Source of the DNA: a virus | Taxonomy: Duplodnaviria > Heunggongvirae > Uroviricota > Caudoviricetes | Virus record (IMG/VR): IMGVR_UViG_2627853844_000002 | Length of the DNA: 19,945 bases | Strand: one strand, 5' to 3' | In this document: piece after piece, positions 15,150 through 19,945 of the stretch | Layout: every line of letters starts with the position of its first letter | Numbering within the stretch: the stretch's first letter is position 1 | Program-made: the position numbers and the translations under genes | The notes under the pieces: model-generated | Told to the model about the DNA's origin: nothing | What the model saw: the letters and a program-made list of their open reading frames with translations, nothing else | Databases searched by the model: none

Positions 15150-16062
15150 GTTATACGAGGTGTATAACAACGGATATCCAACAGCGTATGGAAATATCAT
15201 TCACCTGAAAGGGATGACAGCCGTTGGCGAAGGTGAGTTACTCATCGGCTGGAGTGGTACAAGCGGTGCTCATGCTCCGGCATTTATTCGTTCACGACGG
15301 GATACGACCGACGCAAACTGGTCGCCGTGGGCGCAGCTTTACACCTCGGCTCATCCTCCTGCAGAGTTTTATCCAGTCGGTGCACCAATCCCGTGGCCAT
15401 CAGATACCGTTCCGTCTGGTTATGCCCTGATGCAGGGGCAGACTTTTGACAAATCTGCATACCCGAAACTTGCAGTTGCTTATCCGTCAGGCGTGATCCC
15501 TGATATGCGTGGCTGGACGATTAAGGGCAAGCCCGCCAGTGGTCGGGCCGTATTATCTCAGGAACAGGACGGCATTAAATCGCACACCCACAGCGCCAGC
15601 GCATCCAGTACGGATTTGGGGACGGAAACCACATCGTCGTTTGATTACGGAACCAAATCCACGAATAACACCGGGGCGCATACCCATAGTATTAGCGGGA
15701 CCGCAAATAGTGCCGGTGCGCACCAACACAAGAGTTCCGGTGCATTTGGTGGCACGAACACGAGCATTTTCCCTAATGGTTATACCGCGATTTCAAATCT
15801 AAGCGCGGGGATTATGAGCACAACAAGCGGTAGTGGCCAGACTCGTAATGCAGGGAAGACATCATCAGATGGTGCTCATACCCACTCGCTGTCCGGCACT
15901 GCTGCAAGCGCAGGCGCGCATGCACATACTGTCGGTATTGGTGCTCATACGCACTCCGTTGCGATTGGTTCACATGGACACACCATCACCGTTAACGCTG
16001 CTGGTAACGCGGAAAACACCGTCAAAAACATCGCATTTAACTATATTGTGAGGCTTGCATAA
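15100..16062 (+). CDS. stfQ: Side-tail-fibre C-terminal fragment (320-aa ORF from GTG; 5'-truncated remnant, likely not independently expressed)
   Basis: ORF begins inside nohA with no SD; Gly/Ser/Thr/Ala-rich with repeated GAHTHS / AGAHxH motifs typical of phage tail-fibre distal domains; followed by the tail-fibre assembly gene. Confidence 0.7.
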
Positions 16063-16637
16063 TGGCATTCAGAATGAGTGAACAACCACGGACCATAAAA
16101 ATTTATAATCTGCTGGCCGGAACTAATGAATTTATTGGTGAAGGTGATGCATATATTCCGCCTCATACAGGTCTGCCAGCAAACAGTACCGATATTGCAC
16201 CGCCAGATATTCCGGCTGGCTTCGTGGCTGTTTTCAACAGTGATGAGTCATCGTGGCATCTCGTTGAAGATCATCGGGGTAAAACGGTTTATGACGTGGC
16301 TTCCGGCGACGCGTTATTTATTTCTGAACTCGGTCCGTTACCGGAAAATGTTACCTGGTTATCGCCGGAAGGGGAGTTTCAGAAGTGGAACGGCACAGCC
16401 TGGGTGAAGGATACGGAAGCAGAAAAACTGTTCCGGATCCGGGAGGCGGAAGAAACAAAAAACAACCTGATGCAGGTAGCCAGTGAGCATATTGCGCCGC
16501 TTCAGGATGCTGCAGATCTGGAAATTGCAACGGAGGAAGAAATCTCGTTGCTGGAAGCATGGAAAAAGTATCGGGTATTGCTGAACCGTGTTGATACGTC
16601 AACTGCACAGGATATTGAATGGCCAGCACTGCCGTAG
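16062..16637 (+). CDS. tfaQ: Tail-fibre assembly protein (191 aa)
   Basis: ORF translation [78 protein letters not shown]...; start overlaps the stf stop. Confidence 0.85.
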
Positions 16638-16734
16638 GGTAAAACATATAAATTCTATAATTAGATGTATCTTTCCATTTACGGCAAGGAAGGGGGCTTG
16701 GAAGACGTAAAGCATCTCACACCGAGATTATTTT

Positions 16735-17325
16735 TTATATGTCAGGTGTCTGAAGTTTTGCTTTGGCTCTTAAAATGGTTTGCCGCGAGGTTTTGAATTC
16801 CCGGGCAATGGCACTTATACTTACACCTGACTTAATTCGTTCGAATACCGCCTGTTTCTGTTCTTCATTTAACACAGGTGGTCGACCAAAACGTTTCCCT
16901 GCGCCGCGGGCTCTTACTATCCCGGAATGAGTGCGTTCAAGTAAAAGGTCTCGTTCAAATTCAGCGACTGCTGAAATTACTTGCATCATCATTTTTCCTG
17001 TTGGACTGGTCAGGTCAATGCCCCCCAATGCTAAGCAATGCACTCTGATACCTGTTTCGGTCAGTTGTTCCACTGTTTTCCTGATATCCATTGCATTACA
17101 ACCAAGGCGATCCAGTTTTGTCACAATCAATTGATCACCACATTTCAGGCGAGCAAGCAACCGGTTAAAACCAGGACGCTCACTGGTTGCTGCTGAGCCG
17201 CTAATGTGTTCTTCGATTATTTGCTGAGGTTTGATTTTAAAACCTGCACTTTCGATTTCCCGGCGTTGATTTTCGGTGGTCTGATCCAGCGTTGATATCC
17301 GACAGTAAGCAAAAATTTGAGACAT
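16735..17325 (-). CDS. pinQ: Pin/Gin/Hin-family serine DNA invertase (196 aa)
   Basis: ORF translation [29 protein letters not shown]... with the catalytic Ser in the YxRxSTxxQ motif and a C-terminal HTH. Confidence 0.9.
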   Translation of the reverse strand: MSQIFAYCRISTLDQTTENQRREIESAGFKIKPQQIIEEHISGSAATSERPGFNRLLARLKCGDQLIVTKLDRLGCNAMDIRKTVEQLTETGIRVHCLALGGIDLTSPTGKMMMQVISAVAEFERDLLLERTHSGIVRARGAGKRFGRPPVLNEEQKQAVFERIKSGVSISAIAREFKTSRQTILRAKAKLQTPDI

Positions 17326-17641
17326 AGTGAGACTCTATACGAAATTGGTGTTCATATCATAATGCATCTCAGAAAATAATTATGATTATTTTTGTGCATA
17401 TTTGTATGTACACGTTCGAAAATAAACGAATGCGTATGCAACCCCGTAATTTTGGTGAGACCCAAAATCGATTTTGTGAAAAATGGCTTTAACTCGGTTT
17501 GTTTTTCGAGTTCCGGGCGGACTCAAGGAAGAAGAATAGTGTTGCGTGTTATTTTAACCAGATTTCAAGTTGTTTGGTCGTGGAAAAGTGGAGCAAAATG
17601 TTGTTAAAGTGGAAAAATGATAAAAAAGTAAGTTTATTATA

Positions 17642-17875
17642 TTACATTTTACCATTTAAATTTTGGTTGTCTTTAAGAACTGATATCGCTGTTTGTAATA
17701 ATTCTTTGTTATCCAGCCATGATGTTTTCTTTATGTTTCCTTCAATGTAATCAAGCAATGTTCTGGTATTGATAGGTCTTCCCTGTTTTGCTACTTCCAC
17801 TACAGCATCCCCTAGGATAATTCTTACTTCAGGAAGCTGCGCAGGGAACCACTTTAGGGTGTCTTTTGATTTCAT
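17642..17875 (-). CDS. ydfK: YdfK (77 aa), small prophage protein
   Basis: Internal Met of ORF 17642..17908: MKSKDTLKWFPAQLPEVRIILGDAVVEVAKQGRPINTRTLLDYIEGNIKKTSWLDNKELLQTAISVLKDNQNLNGKM; AAGGAAT SD upstream. Confidence 0.7.
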   Translation of the reverse strand: MKSKDTLKWFPAQLPEVRIILGDAVVEVAKQGRPINTRTLLDYIEGNIKKTSWLDNKELLQTAISVLKDNQNLNGKM

Positions 17876-18661
17876 GAAGATATTCCTTAAAATATTATTG
17901 ATTTTCATTGCGATATTGTATGTCTGATTCAGGATATGTTGACTTATACATCGGTTTTGTCTGGGTTATTGGATATGCCAATCCCTAATTTTATTAGAGC
18001 ATGACTAAAAATGCTGAATATGATAAGGAGCGAAGTGATTATCAGTATGCTGTTCATATAGCCTCGAATTAGTAATGTGTTATATATGATATAGTTGACA
18101 ATTTTTATCCTGGGTGTTCTTAAAGTTCGTAGATAAACATTGTCGTTTCAGGTATACAGGAATGCTAACAGGTGGCGGCAAAAATCAGGCGGTTTATGGC
18201 GCAAGCTGAAGTGGCAACTGCAAACTATCTTATGCAGAGACTCTACACGGATTGGGTTTAAAAGTATACATAGATAACAGTTTTTATCTGAAAAAGAAAA
18301 ATATCAAGGTGATATAGCCTATATGCCTTTGATGCGGAGGAATGAATGTGATGGGAGTGATGTATCTGAATAGTTGAAAAACCGCAGACACACCTTATGC
18401 AAGAACGTGCTGCGATTGGCTGGTAAATTTTTCGATAGTGTGAGTATTGAATGATTTCCAGCCGTTCTTGATTTTACGCATAAATCCATGAAAAAACTAC
18501 TTATCTGTTGGGGAGTTTTTTTGGGGCATATATGGGACAGAAATAGGCCCCAGATAGACACTGAGATCGAACTTAGGATGCTTTTTAAAAAAATGCAACT
18601 ATCTGAAAAAACCTAGAAAACGCCAAGGAAACCACAGGATGGGAAAAAACACCTGTGAATT

Positions 18662-19945
18662 ATGGATTTCCAGTTATATTCGCTCGGCGCAGCGTTAGTG
18701 TTTCATGAAATATTTTTTCCTGAATCATCAACGGCAATGGCGTTAATTCTGGCAATGGGAACCTACGGTGCAGGTTATGTGGCGCGTATTGTCGGAGCAT
18801 TTATTTTCGGCAAAATGGGCGACAGAATAGGGCGTAAAAAAGTGCTCTTTATTACCATCACCATGATGGGGATCTGTACCACCTTAATTGGTGTGTTACC
18901 GACCTATGCACAGATTGGTGTTTTTGCACCCATCTTGCTGGTGACGTTGCGTATTATTCAGGGGTTGGGTGCAGGTGCGGAAATTTCCGGTGCCGGTACG
19001 ATGCTGGCGGAATATGCGCCAAAAGGTAAGCGCGGAATTATCTCCTCATTTGTGGCTATGGGAACTAACTGCGGAACCTTGAGCGCAACGGCAATCTGGG
19101 CCTTTATGTTCTTCATTCTCAGTAAAGAGGAACTGCTGGCGTGGGGATGGCGTATACCGTTCCTGGCGAGTGTTGTCGTGATGGTCTTTGCTATCTGGTT
19201 GCGTATGAATCTGAAAGAAAGCCCGGTCTTTGAGAAGGTTAACGACAGTAACCAACCGACAGCAAAACCTGCACCTGCTGGTAGCATGTTCCAGAGCAAA
19301 TCCTTCTGGCTGGCAACAGGGCTGCGTTTTGGTCAGGCGGGTAACTCCGGGTTAATTCAGACTTTCCTTGCAGGCTATTTAGTGCAGACGTTATTGTTTA
19401 ACAAAGCAATTCCAACAGATGCATTGATGATCAGTTCGATTCTCGGCTTTATGACCATTCCGTTCCTTGGTTGGTTATCCGATAAAATTGGTCGCCGGAT
19501 CCCGTATATTATTATGAATACCTCCGCGATTGTGCTGGCATGGCCAATGCTTTCTATCATTGTAGATAAAAGCTATGCCCCGAGCACCATTATGGTTGCA
19601 CTGATTGTGATTCATAACTGTGCGGTGCTGGGATTATTTGCTCTGGAAAACATTACCATGGCAGAAATGTTCGGCTGTAAAAACCGCTTTACCCGGATGG
19701 CTATTTCTAAAGAAATTGGTGGTCTTATCGCTTCCGGTTTTGGTCCTATCCTGGCGGGTATTTTCTGCACCATGACGGAATCCTGGTATCCGATCGCCAT
19801 TATGATCATGGCATATTCAGTGATTGGTTTAATCTCTGCGCTGAAAATGCCAGAGGTGAAAGACCGTGATTTAAGTGCGCTGGAAGACGCTGCGGAAGAT
19901 CAACCGCGTGTTGTAAGAGCTGCGCAACCTTCCAGAAGTCTGTAA
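18662..19945 (+). CDS. ydfJ: MFS transporter (metabolite:H+ symporter family, ProP/ShiA/KgtP-like), apparently N-terminally truncated (427 aa)
   Basis: Many hydrophobic transmembrane segments; the G-x3-D-R-x-G-R-K motif occurs at about residue 50 rather than about residue 90, implying loss of the first one to two transmembrane helices; an in-frame stop lies 2 codons upstream of the ATG. Confidence 0.8.
   Translation: MDFQLYSLGAALVFHEIFFPESSTAMALILAMGTYGAGYVARIVGAFIFGKMGDRIGRKKVLFITITMMGICTTLIGVLPTYAQIGVFAPILLVTLRIIQGLGAGAEISGAGTMLAEYAPKGKRGIISSFVAMGTNCGTLSATAIWAFMFFILSKEELLAWGWRIPFLASVVVMVFAIWLRMNLKESPVFEKVNDSNQPTAKPAPAGSMFQSKSFWLATGLRFGQAGNSGLIQTFLAGYLVQTLLFNKAIPTDALMISSILGFMTIPFLGWLSDKIGRRIPYIIMNTSAIVLAWPMLSIIVDKSYAPSTIMVALIVIHNCAVLGLFALENITMAEMFGCKNRFTRMAISKEIGGLIASGFGPILAGIFCTMTESWYPIAIMIMAYSVIGLISALKMPEVKDRDLSALEDAAEDQPRVVRAAQPSRSL

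Noticed and set aside
14481-15200. Long minus-strand ORFs (14481..15200, 14699..15181) overlapping nohA
   Set aside because: Antisense to a Nu1 homolog whose coding strand is unambiguous; chance ORFs.
15224-16051. Alternative-frame plus-strand ORFs inside stfQ (15224..15430, 15509..15802, 15833..16051)
   Set aside because: Arise from the repetitive GC-rich tail-fibre sequence; the Pro/Arg-rich translations are typical of out-of-frame reading.
16638-16734. Search for gix/hix/pix-type crossover sites between tfaQ and pinQ, and for AAACC..GGTTT cores in stf/tfa
   Set aside because: No convincing 26-bp site or inverted partner found by eye; the closest candidate (AAAACGGTTTA near 16281) lies inside tfaQ and lacks matching half-sites.
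18958-19809. Minus-strand ORFs within ydfJ
   Set aside because: Antisense to a clear membrane-transporter coding frame; no independent support.

Overview
This window reads as the late/right portion of a lambdoid cryptic prophage matching the Qin (Kim) element of E. coli K-12, shown in reverse orientation relative to the usual map. Identification is from memory of K-12 and phage lambda sequences and from reading the supplied ORF translations; no database search was run. In order: the DicF sRNA and ydfC-ydfB-ydfA, the dicA/dicC immunity switch, ydfX, flxA with a sigma-28 promoter, the relB-relE-hokD toxin-antitoxin operon, a nin-like region (rem, an unnamed ORF, ydfU), the Q antiterminator quuQ with a PR'-like promoter and tR'-like terminator, the cold-shock genes cspF/cspB, a pinholin / SAR-endolysin / nested-spanin lysis cassette, cspI, ynfN, gnsB, ydfO, an IS10 insertion, ynfO, a lambda-like cos site, a truncated Nu1 terminase subunit (nohA) fused by deletion to a side-tail-fibre remnant (stfQ), tfaQ, pinQ, ydfK, and an N-terminally truncated host MFS transporter (ydfJ) that marks the prophage-host junction. 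The main departure from the reference arrangement as I recall it is a complete 1329-bp IS10 with a 9-bp target duplication between ynfO and ydfO. I see no CRISPR array, rRNA or tRNA, and no convincing evidence of a novel multi-gene system. The most under-explained items are two paralogous small zinc-ribbon ORFs next to csp genes (one with no in-frame start), an 11-codon ORF with a near-perfect Shine-Dalgarno in the cspB 3' region, and the HNH-like C-terminus of ydfU.
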